A stretch of DNA of 64,000 nucleotides from the human T2T-CHM13v2.0 reference genome, Homo sapiens. Positions 28,605 through 40,753 of the stretch are shown here, piece by piece. The stretch is from NCBI RefSeq assembly GCF_009914755.1, contig NC_060937.1; one strand, given 5' to 3'. Both the position numbers and the translations under genes were made by a program. Position 1 is the first letter of the stretch. Every line of letters begins with the position of its first letter. The notes under the pieces are model-generated. The model worked only from the letters and a program-made list of their open reading frames with translations, did not search any database and was not told the origin of the DNA.

Positions 28605-28770
28605 TAAAAATAGGGTTTCCTGAGCTTCAAAGACCTGTGTTCAAATCTTGGCCTTGTTGCTTATAAACTATGTCACTTTGGCCAGATGACTTAAACCCTA
28701 TGCATCGGTTTCCTCACCTGTCAAATGGAGATAATAATAGTATGTACCTAGTAGAGTTGTCATGAGGACA
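28605..28770 (+). mobile_element. MIR
   Basis: GTTCAAATCTTGGC...CGGTTTCCTCACCTGTCAAATGGAGATAATAATAGTA core. Confidence 0.75.
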
Positions 28771-30229
28771 TTGGTTATAATAACAACAGCTAACATTAGC
28801 AAGCAGTTATTCTATGTCAGGTATTGCTCCAAGTGCTTTATATGCAAATATATGTATTAAATGTATGTAATAGATGTTTCACCTCATTTAATGCTTGCTA
28901 CATGGTCTGTATTAACTAGAGTGGGGGCTCAATAACTCCAAGCAATGCCTTTCTATTGCAACCTGAAGAGGGAGATTAGAAATGTAGAAACCATCCATTC
29001 ATATCTCTCCCTCATTTAATAGCTGAGGACACTAAGGCCCAGAGAGTATAATCATTTGGCCAAGGGTACACAGCATGGCAGTAGGTGCCAGAGCCAGGGC
29101 AGAGTCTCCCAGGCTCACATCAAAGGGTCGTTTCTGTGGAGCCAGGAGGTGACATTGGGATGAAGGGAAGGCTTTCCCTCATCCATAGGGTTCTCAGGTC
29201 AAACCCACCCAAACCAGCCAGGTTGTGGGCCTCCCAAAAAACAAAAAAAAATGGTGTGAAACCTTTAATAACAGATGGTCCAAACCTGGGGAGAATAAGA
29301 TAAAGCTAACGGTAGTTACAGATGAGACATGTTAGTGTAGGATTTGACTGCATGTGGTTTGAGGGACATGCACAGGCCTCTTGTCAACTGGATTCCACAT
29401 ACTAAAGGAGTGTGCTGGGCAGCCCCCGACTCACAAACGGGGCCATCAGCCTTTCCTAGCAAGGCTTTGTTTCAGAACTTGGCATGCATTTTCCTATAAA
29501 AACAAGGTGGTAACCTGTGATTTGGTTCTCCCGCCAGCCCACAAAGCCCTGTTTAACCCTAGCAGACCTGGGCCTTCTTATTAATGGTGGTTTCTTATTG
29601 TTTCTTTGGAAAAATGCAATCCCAGTTCCAACATGAAATCCCGAATCTGGAGAACTTGGCATCAGGCTGTGAATGAGGCCCCTGCCTCTTGAAAATAATT
29701 CTCTCCCCTCTGGCCATTCCGGCCAGGGGTCGGAGGTTCCCCACACCTCTCCCAGGTCCCTTGATCAGGGCACTCAGCGGCTGGGAAACAAGGGTTGGCA
29801 TAAGTCAGGGATCCACTTGGACCTCAGGAAGGCCACTGGGCCAGGGAGGAATAGGCCGGGGAGCCACCCACCTGAGGGAGGCGTGCAGGAACTTAGACAC
29901 TTCTCTATTTAATTTTTATATTTCTTCTGTATTATCTCCCCAACTTACTAATTTTGGAATTGGAAGCAAGTTAGTGAACTTTTCTGAACATCAGGTTTGT
30001 AATTTGTTAGAAGCGAAAATGCTCTTTATCCCTTGGGTGGTTGTATAGATTCAAAGGGTAATAGATAGCACAGGAGCAGGGCTCAGGTCTGGCAAACAGT
30101 GAGTGACTAGTAGAAAACCTGTCACTTTCTGTCCTTAATTTCCATGGGGCTATGTGACATAGTCTTCTTCAGTCACGTAGATAATTGGAAGCTGTCAGCC
30201 TATCATTAGCATAGAGGCTAAAGCACAAA

Positions 30230-30390
30230 CTGTGGCTGGGTCTTTGTCCCTGCTCTGCCAGGACATGGCTACTACTTCACTTCCCTGAGTCTCAGTTTCC
30301 TCGTCATAAAATGGGGATAATAATTATAGAATTATTGTGAGGAACAAATGAATACATATGTCAAGTGCTTAGGTCAGTGCATGGCACTGA
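30230..30390 (+). mobile_element. MIR
   Basis: TCACTTCCCTGAGTCTCAGTTTCCTCGTCATAAAATGGGGATAATAA. Confidence 0.7.
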
Positions 30391-30757
30391 TTTTGCCATT
30401 ATGATTATTCTGTATCTTTAGAAAAGAGAGTCAGTGTTATAAGGCACAGAAAGACTAAATTCCTAGAAATGCTGTGACATTAATAAAATAACATCAGTAT
30501 CCAGCAAGCTTGGGTGTACATGCTTTCAGTGTGTGTACATGTTATTTATATCCTTTCGGCAGTCTTGGGAGGATGGTAGCATAGGTGGTATTCATTATTC
30601 CATATTGCATGGGGGGAAACAGGCTGGATGGTGAAATGACTTTCCTTCGGTTATGCTGCTAGTCAGCAGTTGAGACAAGACCACATCTTCTGGGTTTTCA
30701 TGCTGTTTTTATTCCTCAATTCAACGGTGTTCTTAGGTTTGATTTAATTTCTGCTGG

Positions 30758-31040
30758 GGCCGGGTGCAATGGCTCATACCTGTAATCCTAGCAATTTGGG
30801 AGGCCAAGGTGGGTAAATCACTTGAGGCCAGGAGTTTGAGACCAGCCTGGCCAATATGGTGAGACCCGTCTCTACTAAAAATACAAAAATTAGCTGGGTG
30901 TGGTGGTGGGCACCTGTAATCCAAGCTACTCAGGAGGCTAGGGCAAGAGAATCGCTTGAACTGGGAGGCGGAGGTTGCAGTGAGCTGAGATCACGCCATT
31001 GCACTCCAGCCTGGGTGACAGAATGAGACTCTGTCTCCAA

Positions 31041-31078
<38 letters not shown>

Positions 31079-31085
31079 CAACAAT
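30758..31085 (+). mobile_element. Alu with (AAT)n tail
   Basis: Full dimer with a tail of ~12 AAT units. TSD TAATTTCTRCTGG. Confidence 0.92.
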
Positions 31086-32713
31086 AATTTCTACTGGGAC
31101 AGAGGAGTCTTGAGGGGACTGAGTCTCGCAGAGAAGAGTGTGTTCAGGTTTCTCACAGTAGAGAATGGGGAACCCTATTCCTGTGCCACGTTGTGTATTC
31201 AGGTGAAGGGTGCTGGGGCCAGCTCTTGTTTTGGCCTCCAGATTGGAGGGGTGAGGAAGTGGTGGCTGGGGCCTCAGAGGAGGGCCTGGGGTGCCTGTCT
31301 TCAGTCTCTACGGAAGTCTTGTCATTGATTTAAAAGCTCTTCCAAGTTAAAAAACAAGCAAACAAATAAAAAACCATTGACAGTCTCTTCATGTTCTTGG
31401 CAAAGAACAATTTATGAATAATTTTATGTTCTTGACATGCTCTGAAGATGAATAGCAAACACTTCTACCAGAAGTGAAGAAATGGCTACTAGGAGGCTGA
31501 GCTTTAGGAATAAATATATAGTAGATTCAATTGTTATCTTTTTTTTCCCTCACTCTTTTACTGGCATCCAGCATTTATTTTGAACTTCAGTCAGAAGTTA
31601 TTTCACTAAGAACCTTGTCATAGCTTCAACATCTCCCTGAGGCTACTGATATGGTAACTCGGAAGGGGGAATAATGTTTGTAGGGCCAGACTCATGTCTG
31701 GGTCCAGGGTCTTTCAGAATGTTCCTCTTTCAGTTCTCAGAACACCCTTGTGAGGTCGGGAGTATCATCGTTACTGAGAAGGGCACTTATCACAAGTTAG
31801 GCAGTCAGAGTATATTTGTAAGCCAGTAGTAAGACAGAGCCGAAATTGGAGCCCAAACAGTTGTTGAAGAAGTGCAGGATCCTCCTCTATTTTAGTGTCA
31901 CTGAATATTTAGAGCTAGAGGAAGAGACCAGAGAAGGAGATTTTGCAGATGAGAATCAAGCCTATGGCATTTCTACAGATGGTCCTCGGGGTGACATAGA
32001 GATTTTAGAGTTCATCCCCAAGTAGGACCCGGATTCCTGACTAATGTGATTTCCCCCACTGATCTGAAAGTGAGCTCAGAGACCCCAGATATATGCATGG
32101 GGAGTTCCAGCCCTAATCCTCACTTGTTTGTGATGGCCAGCTATCAGCTCCATTTCTAAGAATTGTGTTTTAAAGCAAGTCACAATTACTAGTTTTAAAA
32201 ATTCTTCAAGGTATCTGTTATTAAAAAATATAGACACACATTTGGGTTTTCAGCTTTGGTATAAACTTTTCTTGTTAGACTTTGTAACACATGACCTAAT
32301 TGAACAGTTTACTGATATTTTCTATAAACAGTTTACTGATATTTACTTTCCCTCCAGTGAGAAATGAACGAATTTCATCGAGTGCAAGACCAAGTTTACT
32401 TTCTAGAACATTACCTATAGAATACAAATGTTTACATTCCAAAGACTGTTTTATTATGTAATAAGAATCATCAATTTGACATATAAAAATATGTTTTATT
32501 TTGTAATAGAGATCTTTCTATACATTAATTACCTCTACAATTTTATAGATGAAATAGGGCAGCACAAGATTATGGCTAAAAAACAGATTTTTTTTGAGTG
32601 CATGCAAATCAAATCCAACTTAAAGGAATCTGTGCAATTGACGGCAAATAGATCTCTCTTTGTGCAGTTCCCTTGGAGGTGAAAATGATAATCTCTGCAT
32701 GCAATTTAAGGCA

Positions 32714-32717
<4 letters not shown>

Positions 32718-32751
<34 letters not shown>
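32718..32751 (+). repeat. (TG)17 microsatellite
   Basis: Read directly. Confidence 0.97.
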
Positions 32752-32756
<5 letters not shown>

Positions 32757-33439
32757 CTGGTGTTTTAGAAAGCCTGGATAAATCCAAGTTAATTTTAGTT
32801 GTAGCAGTCATTCCATCGGTTATAGGCTTGTAATCAACTCTTAGCTGTGGTTTGTTCAGATATTTACAATGAATGCTTTCTTGTATCTATACAGTACTGT
32901 AAAAGGTACTGTGCTATAACTTTATAAGTACAAATGTGCCTAAATCTGATATATTTTATAAAATTCAGTTGGCAGCTGTGAAGGCTTGCTTTTGTCTCTT
33001 CCTCCCCTGCACAGGCTAAGTCCTTGGAATCAGTATGTTAATGAAGACTTGGTATCTCAATATGAAATTTGCACCATGGGAGTTCTGAGATAATGCGTCC
33101 TGATAGAGCCCCTAATGCCTGCCTCTTAGGAGGGCGAGTGACAAAGACAGTATAACTCAGCTAAGTCCTTTCATAATCAGGCAGCCTTGGTCTTTCTCAA
33201 GTGGTTCCATAGTTTCTGTGTGTGTGCTTTCTTGTGTTTCTGTGTCTCAGACCTCTTCTCTCCTTGGGCAGTCTGTCTGTAATCTTTTAATACTGCATGG
33301 TAGATTGGATTGGATGAGCCCCATCACCTTTGGATAAGAAAAGGCTTTTGGACACAAGTCCATGCAACACTCTTTTCTTTAGAGAACACAATAGATCACT
33401 GGGAACATCATAAGAGGTGCTCTCAGAGGGTGCTTATAA

Positions 33440-33561
33440 GTGGCACCATCCTAAATCCAGGTTTACCGGGGACAGTCTGGGTTTATAACTCATCCTGGCC
33501 TAATGAATAATAGCACCCTCTTTTAGCACAGCATGATTTAGATAAGTTATATGGTCACCCC
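33440..33561. mobile_element. hAT MITE relic (MER96-like)
   Basis: Ends in TTATATGGTCACCC (reverse complement GGGTGACCATATAA), which resembles the recalled terminal repeat. Confidence 0.45.
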
Positions 33562-33899
33562 ATGCACATGGGATGTGGTAGATAACACCTTTTAAGAATA
33601 AAGTGAAATGGATTCAAGTGAAGTGACTTACCTACCCATGTCTAGTTGTGTCAGATTGAATCCAGAATTGGTCCAGGTTATCCTGGTCATTTCACCAGCT
33701 ACCCATATTGCTGTCCTTTGAAGGAATTACAATGCTTGGCTGGTTCTCTTTTTTAACTTTCATGCCAAGAAACCCTCTTAGTAAAGTCTTAGACATTTGT
33801 TGTTTATTTTAGTTGGTAAAATACAGCATTAATTTAAAAATTACAAAATATTGCATACATAGGAAGGAGTCCGTACCCTATGTAGACATGATTTAAGTA

Positions 33900-34105
33900 A
33901 TGATGATAAAACAGACATAGTGACAGAAGCATATAGAAAGGTGATCACCTGGGAAGGGGTGCAGAGAGGATGGAAACATTCTATGTCTTAGAATGGTGAG
34001 TACATAGGTAGGTGTATGTATTTGTCAGAACTCAGTGAACTCTGCACTTAAAATGGGTGCATTTTACTGTATGTAAATCATACCTTGATACAGTAGACTA
34101 AAAAT
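33900..34105 (+). mobile_element. Old L1M 3' fragment
   Basis: GATGGAAACATTCTATGTCTT...GAACTCTGCACTTAAAATGGGTGCATTTTACTGTATGTAAATCATACCT. Confidence 0.7.
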
Positions 34106-34449
34106 TTACCTATTTACCACTATCCAACTTAAAAAGGAGAACATTTCCAATACCTTTTTAGCTTTCTGCCTGGTGCCGATTCCTGACTGACAAGCTGTTT
34201 TAAAACACAGAATAACTGAGGCTTTATTGCTAAATCAATGCCTCCTATTAGAAGACTGATATTTCTGTTTTAGTGGACGTTCTTTAATCTTTATTTTCCT
34301 TATTTCGAAACGTCTTGTTAACCCTCTTTACGTAGTCTTACTCATAAAATATTCTAATTCTGTATTTAACAAGCGGCATTTTATTTTAGTGATAGAAAAA
34401 ACTGTGGCTGAACCAAGTTTTCTGGGATCACTGGAATGATGTTAGCTAA

Positions 34450-34670
34450 TGGAGTCCAATGTTGAAAGCATTTGTTGCGCACCTACTGGATGTCAGACAC
34501 TTTGCAGACACGATCTTATTTCTCCTCTGAGCCTAATAATAGGTATCATTTCCCTTAAATTTCCTCATGTGTAGAATTGAGGCCTATAGATGTTAAGAAC
34601 TTGCCCAAGATCCCCATGCAAAAGTAATTAGGAGAATTAGGAGTCAGGGTTTGAGCCCCAGGGATCTAAG
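34450..34670 (-). mobile_element. MIR
   Basis: GAATTGAGGCCTATAGATGTTAAGAACTTGCCCAAGATC. Confidence 0.6.
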
Positions 34671-35269
34671 TACATTGTTAATGTAGAGAACTGCCCTTTG
34701 CTGGGAGAAGTTAAGCACTTGGCTGGCTCCCCTGGTTGTATCGTGTAGCACCAGGACCATGTGGCGTATCACTTCCAAATTTCCTAAATCACTGTGATCC
34801 TGCATACTCCTTGCCCAGACCCCTCCTGTGGCTCTCTCCTGCTTGCCCACCGAGGCTCAGCTGCCTAGCAGCAGATCCACAGGGCCTCTGGTATCTGGCG
34901 CCAACCCGCTTATCCTGCTGGGTTTTCCTCTAGCTCCCCTCAAGGGCCTGTGTGGCTCCAGCTGCCTTTTCCATTAGTGTTCCCATATGTTCCAGGTTAA
35001 GGCCTCCGCTTTGCCTTCGATTGTACCTTTTCTGTCTTCATTGCACTTGCCAAATAAAATAAACAAAACAAAACAATGACAGACCCCAGCTCTCCAGTCC
35101 CTGTCAAGCAGTCATCTCAAAATTTTAATTCCTGCCTCTTCTAGGATGCCCCAAATGCCAGCCTCCCTCTCTGCAACTCTACTCATCTTTTCATCTAAAA
35201 CAGAGTTTATAATGATTGAGTTGGTCCTTAATTGTTCTTTAATTCCATGTCTTTTTTCTCTAATAAGAA

Positions 35270-35470
35270 TAAGAATGATAATAGCTTCATTTATTGAGTC
35301 AGATATTGTGTTCTCCACTTTATGTGGCTTCCCTCAGCTAACTCCCAGAGCAATCTTGGGAGGTAAGTACACATTTTCTTCCCATCTGACAGACTGGAAA
35401 ATTGAGGCTCAGAGAGAAATGCCTGAGATCACATGGCTACTAAGTGGCAAGACTGGGATTCGGTTTGACT
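35270..35470 (-). mobile_element. MIR
   Basis: CCCATCTGACAGACTGGAAAATTGAGGCTCAGAGAG...GCCTGAGATCACATGGCTA. Confidence 0.65.
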
Positions 35471-36904
35471 TGAGTTTGACTACTCTTTGCTGACTTCTTG
35501 CAAATGCCTTGAGGAGAGTAGAAAAGAAAGGAAACTGACATTGACTGTGCCTTTGCTATGGCTTGGCATCGAGATGGTTTAGCTTATTATCTCACAGGGT
35601 CCTTATCCTGTGCTAAGAATCAGATCTCCAAAAAAATTGAGAATTAGATCTCTAAAAAATGGAGGCTCTGTTTACATAATTCATTCAAGGTCACAGCGCT
35701 GATTAGTGGAGAGATAAAAATTAAACCAGGTCTTTCTGCCCCTAGAGATGCTCCACTGCGTGCATGAGGACACTTTATTTCTTTTTCTTACTCTCTGCAT
35801 GGCCTAGCATAGAGCTGGATATTAGGGAAACTTTTCAATTAGTTATAGGTTGCTTAAAAAACAACAAAAACAAAAGTTCCTTTTATTCTGTTAGAAGCAT
35901 GAGCATATCACACATATTCCGGTAGGGAAGAGTAGTACCATAAAGAATGTTGGATTTTTAGAAGAGACAACGTAAAAGCAAAGGTGAGGTGAGATAGACA
36001 CTTGAACAGAATGGCAGTCACAGAATTTCTTATCTTTTGAGAGATTTACTTGAGGGATTCTACCTTTACTATAGTAGAGGAGTGTCTAAAATTAAAAGAC
36101 AGGAGAAGATGACTTAGTATTCCCATTCAGATTTTTAAATTGCTGTGTGGTTAGCTGTCTCCAGTCAGGCAGCTTCACTGCTCCTTTCTTTAACTGCCTT
36201 TCTCAGGCATAGAAGTAAAAAGAAGTAAAAGGTAACGGCCAGTTGCCCTCGGCCTCTCCATTGGTGGATTTGCAGAGTGCTGAAATTCACCCTAGAGTTT
36301 ACCCTTCAAAGTAACTAGGCATTAAAAAACTCATACCTACAAAAAAGGAACTCCTTTGTGTTCCAACAATTGTTACAATATGTTAGACTTTTGGTGATCA
36401 AAACACACCTCCATTAACTGCTCCAGCATCTTGTGCATCTCAGCTGTTTGTGCGAGTCATCCAGCATGAGGGAGGATGGGTCTGCATCAGGTGCAGTTCC
36501 TGGGCCTTGGAATATGTCCTCCACTTTTGTTTGATCAGCGGCGTGTTTCCATTGAGTGTGCTGTGTGCCAAGAGAACAGTTGTCAGTGGTATTCGCAGTG
36601 ATGCACATTAGCATGAGTGCCAGAGATTCAAGTGGCGACGAGTACCAACTCTGCCTTCCACCCATTGCTTTTTGTGCTCTCAGAAACTGGAGAAACGCTA
36701 GCTTTGCACACTGGGTTTTCTCGAAGCGGGCTAGGCGTATCATTTCCAAGGGCTGTGGAGCTTCCTGGAACTGTGCATGCTGTGAACACTCCCAGAATGA
36801 TGAAATGCCAAAGTGCTCAAGTCACCATGCCTTTGTTCACTGGCTCCCATGCCTTTCTTGCTGTGACCATCCATGAGGCTTAGAACCATCACAGCTGTTT
36901 AGGA

Positions 36905-37090
36905 AATGGTCTTGGAGTCCAACAGACCAAGGTCAAATTCTGGCTCTGTCACTTAGCAGTTGGGTGACTGTAGGCAATTCATGTACCTCTCTGAACTTCT
37001 CATTTCTCATCTGTAAAGTAAGTGAGAGTAATAACACTTATGGGGTTGCTGTGATGACTAAAATAACAAATTCTAAGTATGTGGCACTTG
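36905..37090 (+). mobile_element. MIR
   Basis: TGGAGTCCAACAGACC...CAAATTCTGGCTCTGTCACTTAGC...TTTCTCATCTGTAAAG. Confidence 0.75.
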
Positions 37091-37094
37091 GGGT

Positions 37095-37154
37095 ATGTGT
37101 GTGTGAGAGAGAGAGAGAAAGAGCGGGAGGGAGGGAGGGAGAGAGAGAGAGAGA
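37095..37154. repeat. Compound (TG)n(GA)n(GGGA)n microsatellite
   Basis: Read directly. Confidence 0.85.
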
Positions 37155-38149
37155 CAGGCAGGCAGTGGCTGTTTTTTTGAACGGCGATGCCCACAGAGGG
37201 GGAGTTATTTTTGGAGAGGAGGGGGTCTTCTCACTGCTCCCAATTCTCATCCATGCTGGGGACGTGCATCTGTCTCTGCCACTACTCTGGGAACATATCT
37301 CTTGTCGGATACAGCTGTCTTTCTGTTGTTCCCTTGGTCTGCCAGCACAGGGCTGAGGCCATTCCCTGCACTCCTCTTCCTACTTGTACCCCCACTGCAG
37401 GCCATGCCTGGGGACTCCCTGACCCTGCTGTCCTTCTCAGCTTGGAGCTTGCTGCTCTTTATGGGGAGGACTTTGGTTCTCTTTGCCAGGCTGCCTGAGA
37501 AACAGGCCCAGGTGGTGTGAAGTAATAATCCCCAGACCAAATATGTTTATCGTCTTATTTGAGCCATCCTGAGACTTACTGCAACACTACTTTAAGCTTA
37601 GTGAGTTTAATTTGGATCACAGCCTATTATACATATGGCATGGTGTCAGCTTTTAGTAAAAGATAAAATAGGTGCGTGAAATGAAAGAGACATAGATGCC
37701 AGTTGGAGAACAGAGTGATCTAAAAGCAAATTCTGCATAGCAATATGAATACTTCAGAGTGGACAGGGGTATAGTTTGAAAGAAGCTACCTATAACGACT
37801 GTTTTCATTATATTGACTAAAGAAAAAAAAAGCTCGACAAAATCTCCCTAACTCGTGGAGTCATATGGAAGATAGAATAAGAAGACAGTGCACAATTGTG
37901 GGCAAAAGAAGGTAATGAAACATTGCAAAGACTTTAAAAAGCTTTTTTTAAGTTCTATATTCACAGCCACATTTCGTAAACTTAAGAGGTGCTGCATTTT
38001 TTTTCATTCATTCATCCATCCAGCAAATATTTATTATCTAGTGTGAGTAAACTTGCCCATGAGCCCATCCCTTTCCACTGCCTGTTACTGTATGTGACAA
38101 GGATAGTAGCGTGCTCAGTAGCTTGCAACCACGTTGCCTGGGTGAGCGA

Positions 38150-38330
38150 CTCCTCCATCTACTGGCCCAGTGACCTTGGGCAAGTTCCATAACCTCTCTA
38201 TGCTCTAGTTTCCTCATCTGTAAAAGAGAAATGATAATAGCACCTGTCACAGAGGGCTTTGGGGAATTGAAAATGCAAGGAGTGCAGAGCAATGCCTGGC
38301 ATCTGAGAGACATTCAATACATGTTAACTC
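38150..38330 (+). mobile_element. MIR
   Basis: GTGACCTTGGGCAAGTTCCATAACCTCTCTATGCTCTAGTTTCCTCATCTGTAAAA. Confidence 0.8.
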
Positions 38331-38592
38331 TTATCATTTGTTTTCTGACTTATTCATTTGCTTCTTTATTGTCACTCTCTCTTTCCATCATTAAACGCTG
38401 AGAGAAACCTTGTTTTCTCTTTTCTCATGTAACTACTATCCTTGGTTCCTAGGACAGTGTCTGCCCATGGTAGCAGCTTAGTAAATATTTGAGCCGAGTA
38501 AGTGAATAAATGGCTGGATGAATGAATGGAATGCATGAAGGCTGGACTCTGTGCTGGGTGCTTCCTAGACAGGAGTGAACAAAACTTGGTGC

Positions 38593-39590
38593 CTGCTGGG
38601 TATATGCCCAAAGGAAAGAAAATCAGTACAGCAAAGAGATATCTGCACCCCCATGTTTGTTGCAGCACTGTTGACAATAGCCAAGATTTGAAAGCATCCT
38701 AAGTGTCCATCAACAGATGAATGGATAAAGAAAATGTGGTACATATGCACAATGGAGTACTATTCAGCCATAAAAAGAATGAGATCCTGTCATTTGCAAC
38801 CACATGGATAGAACTGGACATCATTATATTAAGTGAAATAAGCCGGGCACAGAAAGACAAACTTCGCATGTTCTCACTTATTTGTAGGAGCTAAAAATTA
38901 AAACAGTTGAACTCATGGACATAGACATAGAGAGTAGAATGATGGTTACCAGAGGATGGGAAGTGGAGGGATGGGAAGGAGGTGGGGATGGTTAATAGGT
39001 ATGAAAAATAGAATGAATGAAGGAACAAGATCTAGTATATGATAGCACAACAGGGTGACTATAGTCAAATATATATATATATATATATATTTTTTTTTTT
39101 TTGAGATGGAGTCTTACTCTATTCCCCAGACTGGAGCGCAGTGGCATGATCTCAGCTCACTGCAACCTCCACCTGCCTCGTTCAAGCCTCCCAAGTAGCT
39201 GGGATTACAGGCACACACCACCATGCCCGGCTAATTTTTGTATTTTTAGTAGAGACGGGGTTTCGCCATGTTGGCCAGGCTGGTCTCGAACTCCTGACCT
39301 CACCTCAGGTGATCCGCCTGCCTCGGCCTCCCAAAGTGCTGGAATTACAGGCCACTGTGCCTGACCATATAGTCAATAATAATTTAATTGTAATTTAAAT
39401 ATAATTTTACAGTAACCTAAAGAGTATAATTATCCTTTGTAACACAAAGGATAAATGCTTGAAATGATGGATACCCATTTATCCTGATGTGATTATTGCA
39501 TGCCTGTATGAAAGTATCTCATGTACCCCATAAATATATATACCTACTATGTACCCCCAGAAATTAAAAATTAAAAAAAATTAACATTAA
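38593..39590 (+). mobile_element. 5'-truncated L1 (L1MA-like; ORF2 end plus 3' UTR), interrupted by an Alu
   Basis: CTGCTGGGTATATGCCCAAAGGAAAG...GAATGGATAAAGAAAATGTGG...TACCTACTATGTACCC followed by an A tail. Confidence 0.9.
39068..39366 (-). mobile_element. Alu inside the L1, with (AT)n(T)n tail
   Basis: Antisense dimer with small indels. TSD TATAGTCAA. Confidence 0.9.
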
Positions 39591-40733
39591 AAAATACAAA
39601 ACAAGTGGTGTTGCCTGCATTTTAGAGCTTCCAGCTAGTCAAGTGAAGGAGAAGTCTAGAGATCTATAATAACCAAAGGTGCTAAGTGTCAATGCAAGGG
39701 AAGAACGGGGACACCATGCTGTATGGCATCAAGGAAGAAGTGGCATTTTCCGACTATGTTGAGTGGTGGACTGATAAACAAGAGCACTTTTTTTCTTTAT
39801 CCATTAGAAGACTTAAAATAATTATTTGTAGATCCCACTTCCCCACTTTTTAAAGCATTTCCTTCTCAATTATTCCCTCTCTTCAAACATACAAACTTAT
39901 ACGCATATTCTAAAACTTGTAAAAGGAAGGTAAACACATTTTAATCATTTAAAAGGTTTTTTAAAAAGTCAACCCATGTAACTTAAAAATGATTATGAAG
40001 CACTTGTTTACTTTCGGTTGTCTGGCATTTATTTGTGTGTGGGGTTTTTTTTTTTTTTTTTTTTTTTTTGGTGTATGGGCTATTTATTGCTTTTTCTTAA
40101 TTTTTTCCTTGTGTGTTTGGAAAGCAAAATCCAAACAAAGTCCTTTTTGGCAGTGGTAATAATAAATATTCTGTTTAGCCTTTGGATGAGGTTTACATGA
40201 TGTATCTATAAGCACATTCTGGAATATTGGAATAACAGTTTCCAATCCTTTTGATCAATGGATAGTGGGATAAATGAAAAGTTCCAACCAAAATATACCT
40301 ACTGGACAAGAACCATCATCTTTTAATAGGCAGAAATCCTCTTTAGGGTCCAGCCTTCCTTTCATTCCTGTTCTACATTGTCAATGACTCTGACCACAGG
40401 AACAGAGAACTGCTGGATAGGGTGCAGTGCTGCTGGTCCCCTCTATCATCACCAGCACAAATAATTGTATTAATTTTTTTTTTAGGAGTGGAGTTTAAGC
40501 TCAGCTGTGCACCCCAGACATTGATGAAGATAGTCTATCGTATGACTTAGAGTCACAGAACCACAAGATGCGTGTGTGATTATCTAAATAAAGAGCTCTT
40601 ACTGCAACCTTGTGACTCTGGTGATAGAACTGGGCGTGGGAGGGCTTTCTCATTCATGTGCTGTGCACACAAATGATTCTCTAAGTTGAAGGACACATTG
40701 CTCTGCAGCATAACTGAAAAATCTGTGCATGAA

Positions 40734-40753
40734 TGTGTGTGTGTGTGTGTGTG
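40734..40753 (+). repeat. (TG)10 microsatellite
   Basis: Read directly. Confidence 0.93.

Noticed and set aside
35338-35368. Perfect donor GAG|GTAAGT within a MIR, possible 25-nt microexon
   Set aside because: The upstream acceptor is weak and such donor matches are expected by chance in 45 kb.
38372-38750. ORFs over the L1 segment
   Set aside because: Antisense read-through of a decayed, truncated L1. No intact ORF2.
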